Below are positions 1 to 12,540 of a DNA stretch of 64,000 nucleotides, one piece after another (position 1 is the stretch's first letter; every line of letters starts with the position of its first letter). The position numbers and the translations under genes are program-made. Origin of the DNA: Octopus vulgaris (Eukaryota); contig OX597828.1 of the NCBI GenBank assembly GCA_951406725.2, positions 11,780,001 through 11,844,000 of the forward strand. Direction: 5' to 3'. The notes beneath the pieces were generated by a model. It searched no databases. It was given only the letters and a program-made list of their open reading frames with translations, and had not been told where the DNA came from.

Positions 1-645
1 AACATGGGCCGTGGCTGCTGAGGATATGCGTAAGCTCGCAAGAAATGAAGCCAGTATGCTCCGATGGATGTGTAATGTCAGTACTCATACTTGGCAGAGT
101 GTAAGTACCTTGAGAAAAAAGCTGGACCTAAGAAGCATCAGTTGTGGTGTGCAAGAGAGACGTTTGCGCTGGTATGGGCATGTGGCGAGAATGGATGAAG
201 ATAGTTGTGTGAAAAAGTGCCACACCCTAGCGGTTGAGGGAACATGTGGAAGAGGCAGACCCAGGAAAACCTGGGACGAGGTGGTGAAGCACGACCTTCG
301 AACTTTAGGTCTCACTGAGGAAATGACTAGAGACCGAGACCTCTGGAAGTGTGCTGTGCGCGAGAAGACCCGGCAGGACAAGTGAGACCATAACCCGTGG
401 CCTTCTACATGGGATGGAGCCAGCCTACGTATGCATACCTTCCCTTCTTAGGACACAAAACTCTACTTGTGAAGACCTGTTGAGGCAAGTGAGGATCAGA
501 ATCGAAATCGATCAATGGAAATTGCAGATGAGTTACCAGTGCCGGTGGGATGTATGAGAACCATCCGTTCATGACCGTTGCCAGCGCCGCCCCGACTGGC
601 CTCGTGCCGGTGGCACGTAAAAAGCACCATCCGTTCGTGTCCGTT
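1..645 (+). mobile_element. RTE-clade LINE, 3' end (C-terminal ORF to 385, then 3' UTR)
   Basis: ORF 11-385 has MLRWMCNV...RRLRWYGHVARM...GRGRPRKTW...DRDLW, typical of the post-RT region of RTE LINEs. Confidence 0.85.
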
Positions 646-655
646 TTAAATTTAA

Positions 656-706
656 TTTGTCAAAATATTTTCGTCGCTTTGAGACCGCGACGTGTTCACT
701 GACAAA
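656..706 (-). ncRNA. Minimal type-I hammerhead-ribozyme-like motif, G3:C8 variant
   Basis: Minus strand: TTTGTCA-GTGAACA-C-GTCGC-(9 nt)-GCGAC-GAAA-ATAT-T-T-TGACAAA; 7-bp stem I, 5-bp stem II, palindromic stem III; 15 nt from a (TA)n tract. Confidence 0.6.
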
Positions 707-721
707 ACTTCGTGCTGCATC

Positions 722-787
<66 letters not shown>

Positions 788-789
<2 letters not shown>

Positions 790-1192
790 CGCAGGAGTGG
801 CTGTGTGGTAAGTAGCTTGCTTACCAACCACACGCTTCCAGGTTCAGTCCCACTGCAGTTCGCACCTTGGGCAAGTGTCTTCTACTATAGCTTCGCGCCG
901 ACCAAAACTTTGTGAGTGGATTTGGCAGACGGAAACAGAAAGAAGCCCGTCGTATAAATGTATATATAGTGTGTGTGTGTATGTTTGTGTGTCTGTGTTT
1001 GTGCCCCTAGCATTGCTTGACAACCGATGCTGGTATGTTTATGTCATTGTAACTTCGCGGCTCGGCAAAAGAGACCGATAGAATATGTACTAGGCTTACA
1101 AAGAATAAGTCCCGGGGTCGATTTGCTCGACTAGAGGCGGTGCTCCAGCATAGCCGCAGTCAAATGACTGAAACAAGTAACAGAGTAAAAGA
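788..1192 (+). mobile_element. tRNA-derived SINE family A (CORE-like CCTTGGGCAAGT, internal TA/TG microsatellite)
   Basis: A/B-box head GGCTGTGTGGTAAG...GGTTCAGTCCC; homologous copies at 2248-2390, 2910-3070, 5570-5890, 9492-9922, 33134-33515, 35533-35822, 47384-47800. Confidence 0.85.
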
Positions 1193-1223
1193 CTATACGT
1201 ATGTATGTATGTATGTATGTAAT

Positions 1224-1254
<31 letters not shown>

Positions 1255-1319
1255 GTGTGGGGGTGTGTATATTTATGTATGTATTATATTTAGATATATC
1301 CATATATATAAATGCACAT

Positions 1320-1381
<62 letters not shown>

Positions 1382-1871
1382 GTATATACATATATATGTG
1401 TGTGTGTATACATATTCATACATGGCCACAAAGTGTTCTTCACACATATATAAACATATTCTCTTGTACTGTTTGCATTTTGCGAAGTGTAAAATTAATT
1501 TTCCTTTCTTCTACTACCACGAAGTCGGCATCCAGTCGATTGTTTTTACATTAATCCCACGCCTCATTTCGTTAATGGTGTCACCATGATATTATTTACA
1601 TATACATATACTAGAAGACAATATTTAACATCTTCATTATATTTATGCTAAGGAATATTAGAGAAGAAAATATCTAACTTTTTTCTTTTAGCTGGTGCTT
1701 AGTTACATGCATCTGCCGTCATCTTCTCTAAGTTTAAATGCACCAAAGATATTTCTACATAAAACCAAATAAGACAAAAAAAAATAATACATTTTTACGT
1801 CATTGCAGTAAATTGTATATGTAAGAGATTATGAACGCTTTCACTGAGGCTTTAATAGCTATATATTCAAT

Positions 1872-2231
1872 GCTTAGTACGCCGGACGAAATGCTTAGCG
1901 GTATTTCGTCTGCCGCTACGTTCTGAGTTCAAATTCCGCCGAGGTCGAATTTGCCTTTCATCCTTTCGGGGTCGATAAATTAAGTACCAGTTAAGCTATG
2001 GGGTCGATATAATCGACTTAATCCCTCTGTCGGTCCTTGTTTGTCTCCTCTGTGTTTAGCCCCTTGTGGGTAGTAAAGAAATAGGTATTTCGTCTGCCGT
2101 TACTTTCTGAGTTCAAATTCCGCTGAGGTCGGCTTTGCCTTTCATTCCTTCGGGGTCGATAAATTAAGTACCAGTTACGCACTGGGGTCGATGTAATCGA
2201 ATTAATCCGTGTGTCTGTCCTTGTTTGTCCC
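1872..2231 (+). mobile_element. tRNA-derived SINE family B (MetaSINE/Sauria-like central domain), tandem partial dimer
   Basis: GAGTTCAAATTCC B box followed by GCCTTTCATCCTTTCGGGGTCGATAAATTAAGTACCAG; more than 10 copies in the window. Confidence 0.85.
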
Positions 2232-2389
2232 CATATACAAATATATGCGTGGTTGTGTGGTAAGAAGTTTGCTTCCCATCCACGTGGATGCAGGTTCAGT
2301 CCAACAGTGTGCCAGCTTGAACAAATGTCCACGAAGCACCCAAAAGTTTGTGAGTGGATTTGGTAGACGGAAATTGAAAGAAGGCCATC

Positions 2390-2425
<36 letters not shown>

Positions 2426-2426
2426 A

Positions 2427-2471
<45 letters not shown>

Positions 2472-2591
2472 ATATGTGTGTGTGTGTGGCAAATGAAAGA
2501 CGGAAGATGGAATAAACGAGAATTGTTTCGATACATCTAGCATCAATCCCTCACCGGTAGGACACTCAAGAACTTGTTCAGGAGAATCCGG

Positions 2592-2691
<100 letters not shown>

Positions 2692-2842
2692 TATTTTTTT
2701 AAATGTCTTACTTTGAAAAATTGCATTCGGTGGGATTAGTAATATTTTTGGTAGAAATGACTAATTGTCCCTCTTAGCGTTTGGCATGTATGTATAATGC
2801 CTTCTGGCACGTATGTATAATGCCCTCTATATATAAATATAC

Positions 2843-2906
<64 letters not shown>

Positions 2907-3399
2907 CAATGTGTGTGACACTGTGTCTTTGTGTTTGTGTTTGTCGCCTACTGCCGATTGACAACCGTAGTGTGTTTACATCCCGTAAAGTAGCGGTTCG
3001 GCAAAAGAGACCGATATAATAAGTACCAGGTTTAACAAAAAAATAAGTACTGGGATTGATTCATTTGATATAAAAGATAAAAGAGATATATATAACTATA
3101 TGTACACACACACATACATGTATGTATGTATGTATGTATGTATGTATGAACGAAAATAAGGATAGAAAATTGTTTTCCAAAACTTAATTTCACACCAAGA
3201 ATGGTGGAATCGCAATTTACGGAAACGTTTTCGTATTGAAAGAAAAAATCTCTACTGAAAAATACATTGTAGGTTTTAAGCTTGTAAGCAAAAAAGTTTC
3301 ACAGGGAAATTGAAAATCAGATTTAACCCACCTGCAGCGACAGGAGACAGTTACAGCTTTGGGAACCTAACTAATTGCGGTATTCGTCATGAAATAGTA

Positions 3400-3700
3400 T
3401 CTCTTATAAACGTACAATGATAGAAAACGCAAAAATATATCAGTGGCAGACGAAAATTATGCAGCAGCCGCGGTGGCTTTGCTAAATGCGCATTTCTGCC
3501 TTTTTCTATAGTGTCGGTAGAAAGTAAATGCCTTCACTGGTATAGTGAAACAGTGATTGAAAATCACTGATATCATAATTTTCCATCAGGCTGCATAAAA
3601 TTTGTTACGCACGATAGAAACAGTATTAGTTTGAAACAGCAATCTTTGTATCATACTTAAAGTGCATGCATCATTGAAAGCCTATGAATTTGCCAGCAGA
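3400..3700 (+). mobile_element. Possible decayed Gypsy gag-like fragment
   Basis: Translation ADENYAAAAVALLNAHFLP resembles the Gypsy gag Y..A...L..HF.P motif; disrupted, no LTRs seen. Confidence 0.25.
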
Positions 3701-3894
3701 CAAATCCTATTGACAATATTGACAATATCCAAAGAGGCAGAAATTCCTATTTAACAACAGCACCACAGATTCGAGACGATTTATCGTCTGCCATAAAATT
3801 GTACGACTATAAGTGATTCTATCACAAGACGTATTCTGTAGTGAATAAGATTCCAACAATGTATCTGATGTACGTAAAATATACAGATTGATAT

Positions 3895-5182
3895 ATTTGG
3901 TCATTCCATAAATGATACGGTTTTTTCAATTGCATGAACTAAAAGCCGGAGGGGGACGGGGTAAACTACCTGCATCAACTTGCTATAAAAGCATGTCGTA
4001 ATTTTACCTTCTACTTATTCGTAGTGCAAATTTTGAAGTGTGCAGTTCGATTTTAACAGTTATTTTTCAAAGCTATAATGTAAATGGCAAAGGTTCATAT
4101 TCATCATATTTTGCTTTATGAGTTCAATAAAGGCAACAACGCAACAGAAAGTGCGAGGAATATTAATGCAGTACATGGTGATCGGACAATAAGCGTAAGC
4201 CAGTGTCAACGGTGGTTCCAGAAATTCTGAGCCGGAAACTACAGCCTCGAAGACGAGCCTCGTCCTGGAATATCTGTATAGATTGACAAAGACGTTTTGC
4301 AAACTCTGGTGGAACAAAATCCCATTGTAATTGTCAAGGAACTAACAGAAAAGCTTGGATTTGGTCATTAACCATTCATCGATACCTGCGTGCTATCGGA
4401 AAAGCCAGAAAATTGGGTCAATGTGTTCCTAACAAACTTTCCGTGTCTAATCTCGCGCAGAGAATGAATGTATGCTCTTCTTTGCTGTCACGTCTCATGA
4501 ATGAACCTTTTTCGGACCGAATAGTGACTTGTGATGAGAAATGGGTTCTCTGTAAAAATGTTAAGTACCGAAGTCAGTGGACAGGGAAAGGAGAAACACC
4601 GGTAGCTGAAGCTAAAGAAGGTCTTCACCCACGTAAGGTGTTGTTATCTGTTTGGTGGGATACGAAAGGTTTAATCCACTTTAAACTTTTAAACTCAAAT
4701 CAAAGAAAAACAAGGGAGATCTACTGCGAGTAGCTTGAGCGGGTAAGTCAGCGCTAGAAGAAAAATGACTATCTTTTTCCTTTCAAGACGAAATGTATTC
4801 TTCCATCAGGATAATGCTCGGCCACATACAGCGAAAATGAAATTCCAAAGGCTGGAGTAGTTTGAATGGGAAACGATGCCCCACCCACCATATTCCCGGA
4901 CATTACCCCATCTGATTATCATTTATTCCGTAGTTTTCCAAATCATTTGTACGGAAAAAAAGATGAGTTCTGTAGACGATGTCCGAGCAGTACTGGAGGA
5001 GTATTTTTCGTCAAGGACACATGAATTTTGGAAGAGGGGCCTTGCAAGTCTACCAGATAGATAGAAGAGCATTGTAGAAAATGAAGGAGAGCATATTTTA
5101 AGTTAAAAAAAAGAACTTGTTTATCTTAATTTTGAACAGTAAAAAAAGTATAAAAAAACATTATTTATAGGATAACCCAATA
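3895..5182 (+). mobile_element. Decayed full-length mariner (DD34D) transposon
   Basis: Frameshifted transposase: HILLYEFNKGNNATESARNIN, IVTCDEKW, LLSVWWD, HQDNARPH, PHPPYS; degenerate TIRs (TATT..GTCATTCCATAAAT / TTTATAGGATAACCCAATA). Confidence 0.9.
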
Positions 5183-6122
5183 TATTAAAGATAACTATCA
5201 GCTGCATCTAGCAGTTTATATAAAATTATCTTAGAATGTCTGTATGTGTTTTTTAATAGTAAAATATCTCAGAGAATTACGAAATATAATTAAAATTATT
5301 TCTGTTGGTATTCCCTAACGACCAAAATTTCCAATGTTTCCAACAAAGTCCTTCGAGAAATGCATACAATTTTATTTCGTTTTACCCCAAGGACTAAATA
5401 AACTTTCCTCATTACTCAAAAATGATCTTTGTCCCTAACGTCAGAAATACTCTTCTCAATGCCATAACAACCTAAGTTATCTTATTTTTACACGCATAAA
5501 TAAAAATTTTCCCAACCATACCACCTGTAATCTCCATTGCTTGATTTTTTTCTTACATGTTATGTATACACGGCTATGTTATAAAGTTCTTGTCGCAAAA
5601 CCATGGTTTCAAGCCCATCCTTGTGTAGAAGAATGCGTCGCGAATGAGTCTGATAAAAACAAACTGTGCAGAAGCCCATTGAATATCTGTGTGAACGTTA
5701 GTATATGTGTGTACGAGCGTAATTATAAGTGTTTGCCTCTCATCGCTTGAAACAGGTGTTGGTTCTTACGTTCGCGTGGCCTAGCAATTCAGTAAAAAGA
5801 ACTGACGGAACAAGTAACAGGCTTAAATCGAATAACTCTTACAGTGCAATGACCCATTTAAGACGCAGTTCAGTGACAGAAACAAGTGGATTGGTGAGTA
5901 AAAGTATGAACTGCGTAGTCACGACGTCACCAAAACAAAACATTTCTCAACGAGATCGAAATCGTGGTCCTTCAATCGTAAACTTGACTATTCTAAATTC
6001 ACCTTTTAAGATCCGAAATTATATTAAAACGCACTACTTATACATATATTTCAAATTTGATTACAAATTTTGACATAAACATAGAAAGTTAATGGGAGAG
6101 CTAAGTCGATAGCATTAGAAAT

Positions 6123-6881
6123 TATTGGGTTGTCTGGAAATTTCGTGCCGATTTTTAAAGAAAAGAAAAAGGCCAATAAATACTTGCCATTACATTTTAA
6201 TGAACTAAATATAAACCATTTTGTTGCACAATGTGTCTCCATCTTTCCTTTAACTTGAAAATACGCTCTTCCCAGAATTGAGGTGGTTTCATCAAGTATC
6301 TTTTTACGTCATCCAAGGAATTGAAATTTTTACCATTAAGACTATTCTGCAGAGACCTGAATAAGTGGAAATTCGAAGGAGCAATAATCTGGTGAATATA
6401 GAGGGTGGGGTATCACATCCCAGCCGAGCTGCAGCAAGTTTTGTCTGGTTCTCAAAGAGACGTGTGGTCTTGCATTATCATGTTGGAAAACAAGACCCTT
6501 CCTGGATGGGCTGCCTGATCGCTCTTTATCAATAAGGCTACAATCTCCAGCTTGGAACCTTGCGAACCACTTCCGTATAGTTCTTTTGGATAAAGAAACA
6601 TCACCTAAACTGCGCATATTTCTTTGGCTGCTTGTGAGGCATGTTTCCATTTACGGAAAAGAAAATCATCAAGTGCCGAAAATGAACTTTCTTATCTTCT
6701 GTTTTAAAAGGTTACAGATTTAACACAGGTTATAGGAACATAAACCTTCTTCCACGAAAAGATAGCTTAAACTGTGTTCTAAATGGAGGTGTAGTCAAAT
6801 CCTATTTTATGGACGTAACTATGTTCTAAAGTCGAAAGGTAAGTTACTATAAATCGGCACAAACTTTCCGGACAACCCAAT
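6123..6881 (-). mobile_element. Internally deleted mariner element
   Basis: TIRs TTGGGTTGTCTGGAAATTTCGTGCCGATTT / AAATCGGCACAAACTTTCCGGACAACCCAA; residual RTIRKWFARF...FQHDNARPH...HPLYSPD. Confidence 0.9.
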
Positions 6882-7559
6882 TTATTCAACCACGTAACGA
6901 TGAAATCCAAAGTCAATCTCAGCAGAATTTGAACTCAGAACGCAGAGATGAACTAAATATCACACAGCATTTTGCCTGCCTTAATACTATTAATATATAT
7001 TGTTATTAGTGTATATAATACATGGATGCAGACAGAGTGAAATGGTTAAGAAAATCGCTTAGGGACCCCACCGACTGATAACCGCATTTACAAAATTCTC
7101 GTGTCGACCCAAAGCTTTTGAATGGATGCGGATCGATGAAACATTATAGACAGTACCTGTGATCCAAAAGTTTTTGCCTTGACAGGCTTGTGTCATTTTG
7201 ATTCTACCCGAAAATTACGTTTAAAATTCCATTGTCTGCAACATATTCAAACACTTTTACATTAATTTAATGAACAGATTGTCCAAATGATCGATCAACA
7301 TATCGCTTATACATCGATATCGATCGGCAAATCAATCGCCATTGTGTATCCGCTGATTTATTGATCAGGCTATGTCATCATCAACGTGTTTGTTGACTGA
7401 TTGACTGGTAGGAAATTCATAAAAGAGAAACCAGTGTCGAATATAATACGCTTGGCACATTTTCTTTGTTTTTTTTTGTTTGTTTTTTTGCATTTAAAAT
7501 TGTGTTTGATGGACTAAAATAATTCTAGTTTTCTTGTTTTGCTATTTCTTTGCAGTTGT

Positions 7560-7975
7560 GTTTCTTAATTCTTTACTGCCCACAAGGGGCTAAACACAGA
7601 GGGGACAAACAAGGACAGACAAAGGGATTAAGTCGATTATATCGACCCCAGTGCGTAACTGGTACTTATTTCATCGACCCCGAAAGGATGAAAGGTAAAG
7701 TCGATCTCGGCGGAATTTGAACTCAGAACGTATCGGCAGACGAAATACCTATTTCTTTACTGCCCACAAGGGGCTAAACACAGAAAGGACAAACAAGGAC
7801 AGACAAACGGATTAATTCGATTATATCGACCTCAGTGCGTAACTGGTACTTATTTAATCGTCCCCGAAAGGATGAAAGGCAAAGTTGACCTCGGTGGTAT
7901 TTGAACTCAGAACGTAGCCGCAGACGAAATATCGCTAAGCATTTCGCCCGGCGTGCTAACGTTTCTGCCAGCTTG
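7560..7975 (-). mobile_element. SINE family B tandem dimer
   Basis: Two head-to-tail units joined at GAAATAG/GTATTTCG. Confidence 0.85.
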
Positions 7976-8119
7976 CAGTTGTGGTTCTGTAGTCGTGAAA
8001 ATACCCTCAAATCCTATCCTACTCTACCTGTCTCAGACGACAGCACATCGGATAATGCGGTGCTGAGTGCTGGGTCATAGTTGATCATCCCCTCTATTTG
8101 GGCTGATTCTAAACAGCAT

Positions 8120-8562
8120 CTACTACTACTACTACTACTACTACTACAAAAAGAGTTGTAGCAGCCGCAGTAATACCACAACCAGCCCTACAACATTTAC
8201 GAGTACAATTGTCAGCGCCACTATCACACCACCAACGCCACCACAACCACTAAAAGTACTAACCATCACTGTCAGTAGCACCATCATCAGCACAACCATC
8301 TCTACCACTACCAACACCTTCATCACCACCACTATTCCCATAACCATTCTCACCGTTGCCACCATCTACTAATCCATCACAAATAGCATAAACACTACCA
8401 CATTGACCTACATAAACACATCATAACCGTAATTCCTTATTACCGCATTCCTTTTATCTTCATCACTACCACTATCATCACCATCATCACGGGCCCCACT
8501 ACCACGATCATAATCATCACCACCATCACCACCACCGCCATCTGTTGTTGTTGTTGTTGTTG
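8120..8562. repeat. Low-complexity (ACT)n/(ACC,ATC)n/(GTT)n tract
   Basis: Degenerate trinucleotide repeats. Confidence 0.8.
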
Positions 8563-8860
8563 CTTAACGCTCGATCTCGTATCTCTGAGCAGATCGATCA
8601 TCAAAAGCGTTAGTCATTTTCTAATGCATTGTGTATCAAAGAGTACAATATTCAATGTATCGCTTTCTCATTCCAAGATAACAGGGTATAATTTGAAAGT
8701 GATTTAACTGTTATTTCTGATACGTTGAGCAACCATCTGGAGATGCTCCCTCATTTTGAGAAATAGCAGAGAAAACGAGGGCTTTAACAATAACACTGGG
8801 CATCACATTTCATGGAACGGATGAATCCTGCTAAATCGACTCCAGTATAGTATAAGAAGT

Positions 8861-9160
8861 GTAGGCACATGGCCTAGTGGTTAGAGCAGCGGACTCGCGG
8901 TCGAGGGATCGCGGGTTCGAATCTCAGACCGGGCGATGTGTGTGTTTATGAGCGAAACACCTAAGCTCCACGCGGCTCCGGCAGAAGGTAATGGCAAGCT
9001 TCTCCTGACTCTTTCGCCACAGCTTTCTCTCACTCTTTCCTCCTGCATCATGCAGCTCACCTGCGACGGACCGGCGTCCCGTCCAGGTGGGGAACCTATA
9101 CGCAAAGGAAACCGGGAAACCGGCCCCATGAGCCAAGTGTGGCTCGAGAAGGAACAAACA
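8861..9160 (+). mobile_element. tRNA-derived SINE family C, full length with TSD
   Basis: TGGCCTAGTGG A box, GGTTCGAATC B box, (AAC) tail; flanked by TAGTATAAGAAG / TAGTATTAGAAG; copies at 46839-47147 and 56889-57199. Confidence 0.88.
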
Positions 9161-9491
9161 TAGTATTAGAAGGATGAATGATGAAGTTGAGATCGGTGAG
9201 ATTTGAACTCGGGTAAATAAATGATAAAAGTGATAAACATTTCGTTCGGCACTCAACCAATTCTGCTAATCCACCATGATGATAGCACTGTGTAGCAACA
9301 TTTTATTTTATTATCTTTTTTTGTCTTTGGTCAGTAACTGTTGTTATTTCCCAGTGTTATTTCAAAGGAAATGAGTAGTATTCTCTTTAAAAAATTGCTT
9401 CTGTGACCTAGACATCAACGTTTTGGAGCTAAACTACTTTCCATTACATTACAAGCATTCTGCGCTGAGTTGCTGAAGCAGAAATATCATT

Positions 9492-9701
9492 ATTACTCTT
9501 TTACTGGTTTACTTGTTTCAGTCATTTGACTGTGGCCATGCTGGAGCACCGCCTTTAGTCGAGTAAATCGACCCCAGGACTTAGTCTTTGTAAGCCTAGT
9601 ACTTATTCTATCGGTCTCTTTTGCCGAACCGCTAGATTACGCGGATGTAAATACACCAGGATCGGTTGGCAAGCGATGCTGGAGAGACAAAAACAGACAC
9701 A

Positions 9702-9767
<66 letters not shown>

Positions 9768-9922
9768 TATATATATATATACATATATGCAAAGGGCTTC
9801 TTTCAGTTTCCGTCTACCAAATCCACTCACAAGGCTCTCGTCGGCCCAAGGCTAAAGTAGAAGACACTTGGCCAAGGTGCCACGCAGTGGGACTGAAACC
9901 GGAAGCATGTGGTTGGTAAGCA
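9492..9922 (-). mobile_element. SINE family A
   Basis: Reverse-complement match to 788-1192 including the internal (CA)n. Confidence 0.85.
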
Positions 9923-11209
9923 AATATTCTGCTCAAAATTTGCTTGTCGCTTGATCTCAACCACCAAAGTATTTTCCTAAGTGGCTGACAGTATGTGCAT
10001 CTCTGATCATGAGCAAGGGTAGTGAGGCAATATTATAGCCATCTTCGGAGCGGGATTCTTTGAAGTTTGAATAAATGTAGCAAAAGCAAAGTCTGAAGGA
10101 AACATTATCCATTTTTCATACTTTCTAGGGGTAAGCAATTAGGAAATAACAGTTGCTACCCAAAGACAAAAATCACATTACACAGTGTAAGCACTTCCTT
10201 TTTCCCCTCCAACATCCACCATGTCCAAACCAACAACGAGAGCAGTTATCTTCATTCTGAACTACCAGATACAGCTTCCTTAGTTTTACCCCTCTTTATT
10301 CTATTAACCCTATTTCACACCACAGCTAAAGATATTTAGTAGATAACCAAAAAATCTAGGTTTTGTTGGTTTAACTCTCTGAAGTAGGTTGTTATTAAAT
10401 TTTAAATGTTAAACTACTTGATGTCGGAATAACATTATCTAACAGTTGGGTAATATACACTGTTTAGAAAGAAACCAACGACGTTAAAATTACTTTACGT
10501 TTAACCTCCCATTTCCTTTATTTTTCTGTCCTCAATTTTATTTCATTGCCGGTTTTTGACCTCTTCATTTTCAGTGATTTTTTCCCCTTCATTTAAGTAT
10601 TCTTATTCCCGCTTTAGTTTTGTTTTTTGATGAAACTATTTAGTTCCTTTGTATTTTTTAATAATTTTTTTTTCGAATGAAAATAACATTTGTTTCTAAC
10701 TACATCAGCAATTTGACAGAAAGTCTCCATCTATCACACTGAGGTTATTTAACAATGAAAGAATGGGAATAAAAGTCAGCTAAAATAAATATATACGGCT
10801 GCACTTTGAATTGAAATATAAATAGTTGTAAATTATCTTAAGATAAGGATCTCAAACAATATACGTATGTAGGATTATAAAGTTTTTGCTACTGTTTTAT
10901 CAGAGCTGAGAAATACCACGGTACCATAAATGTAATCTATTTTCCCATTAACCATTTTTGATACCATTCCGCCTGAGACCACCCTAGTTCTTATAATTCC
11001 AGCTTCTTGATTTAAAGAGATCTATATTAAAACCTTCAATCAAAATTTTATGAACGTTTAAGTTCCAAGCACCAGCATAAAAGCAGAAAAAAATGTATTA
11101 TAATAAATTTTCCATTACTTTCAAAATAAACTGAAACAAAGTCGATGTGGAAGATGTATCTTCCTCTGTCAAGAAATCGAGTATATTTTAGGGTGAAGCT
11201 CCACGCGAA

Positions 11210-11259
11210 CATACATGTATATATGTATGTATGTATATATATACATACATGTATGTATG

Positions 11260-11312
<53 letters not shown>

Positions 11313-11391
11313 GCATATATATATACATACATGTATGTATGTATGTATGTATGTATATATATATAAATATATATATATATATGTGTGTGTG

Positions 11392-11435
<44 letters not shown>

Positions 11436-11449
11436 AGTATGTATGTATG

Positions 11450-11495
<46 letters not shown>

Positions 11496-11595
11496 AGTTC
11501 TCCGACCTCGAAAATGCACCCCTTAAAGAAGTGAAAATTTTGAAACATATATACATACATGTATGTATGTATGTATGTATATATATATATATATA

Positions 11596-11639
<44 letters not shown>

Positions 11640-11703
11640 TATGTATGTATGTATATAAATATGTGTATATATATATATATATGTATATAAGTATGTATGT
11701 ATG

Positions 11704-11751
<48 letters not shown>

Positions 11752-11762
11752 TACATGTATGT
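11210..11762. repeat. Compound (TA)n/(TATG)n microsatellite containing a 56-bp insert
   Basis: Direct reading; the insert is identical to 13022-13077. Confidence 0.9.
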
Positions 11763-12118
11763 ATTCATTGAGTTAGAGATGTAAAATGGTGAATAAGGAT
11801 TATTCAAAAAGAAAGAAGTCACATCATCTGGTGTTGAATGAACTTTTTTATAAACAATGCACCTAACAAATACAAAGGTCATGGTAACAAAAACAATGAG
11901 AACATATAGCTTCTGGCTATGTTAGTTTCTAGCTAACTGTTGATAGCTTATGCTAGCAAAAGGAAAAGTCTGGATAATTTCTGATGTGTTAAACAAAGAT
12001 TTCAAACATGTCTTCTGCCAGGCTATAGGTTGGCAAACGCTGATACGTGATATAATATTTCAGAAAAAACTTTGTATTCAAATCATGTTAAGATACCCGT
12101 TATAAGGTTATTTAAAGG

Positions 12119-12540
12119 AGAGATTTCGGTTTGAACGGCAGTTTTTTAAAATAATTTCCACGTAACTAAACACTTTTAAACTTCGTATACTGGTAGAATG
12201 TGTTTATAAAACATCTTTTTCTCTTGGCTTTATTGAGAAAATTCTATAGTTTGTAAGATATTTGTTGTTTTTTCTCTTCAATTTCTGCAATTTCAAACAA
12301 TCAATGATGTCTATTGAGGTGAAAACATTCTGTGCCTTATGAAAATGTCCCTCGTTTAAGAAACAGATTGGGTTTATTTACATTTGTGAAGAAAAAAAAG
12401 ATACCCTTCCCCCACCCCTAACCCTAACCCTAACCCTAAAATAGATTGAAATGCAATAGATCGATACTAGGGTCATAATTATGGGTGACAATTTCATATG
12501 ACACCGCTAGAATAATCTGCCGTTCAAACCGAAAAGATCC
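12119..12540. mobile_element. 420-bp MITE (GGATCTTTTCGGTTTGAACGGCAG TIR family), left end damaged
   Basis: Homologous to 16221-16636, 54551-54962 and 59218-59637; internal (TAACCC)3. Confidence 0.85.

Noticed and set aside
8861-8935. Functional tRNA gene
   Set aside because: It is a tRNA-like SINE head continuing into SINE body and tail; the same applies to the decayed tRNA-like bits near 59800-59855 and 60245-60310.
12410-12440. (TAACCC)n as a telomere or chromosome end
   Set aside because: Only 1-3 units, internal to a repeated MITE.
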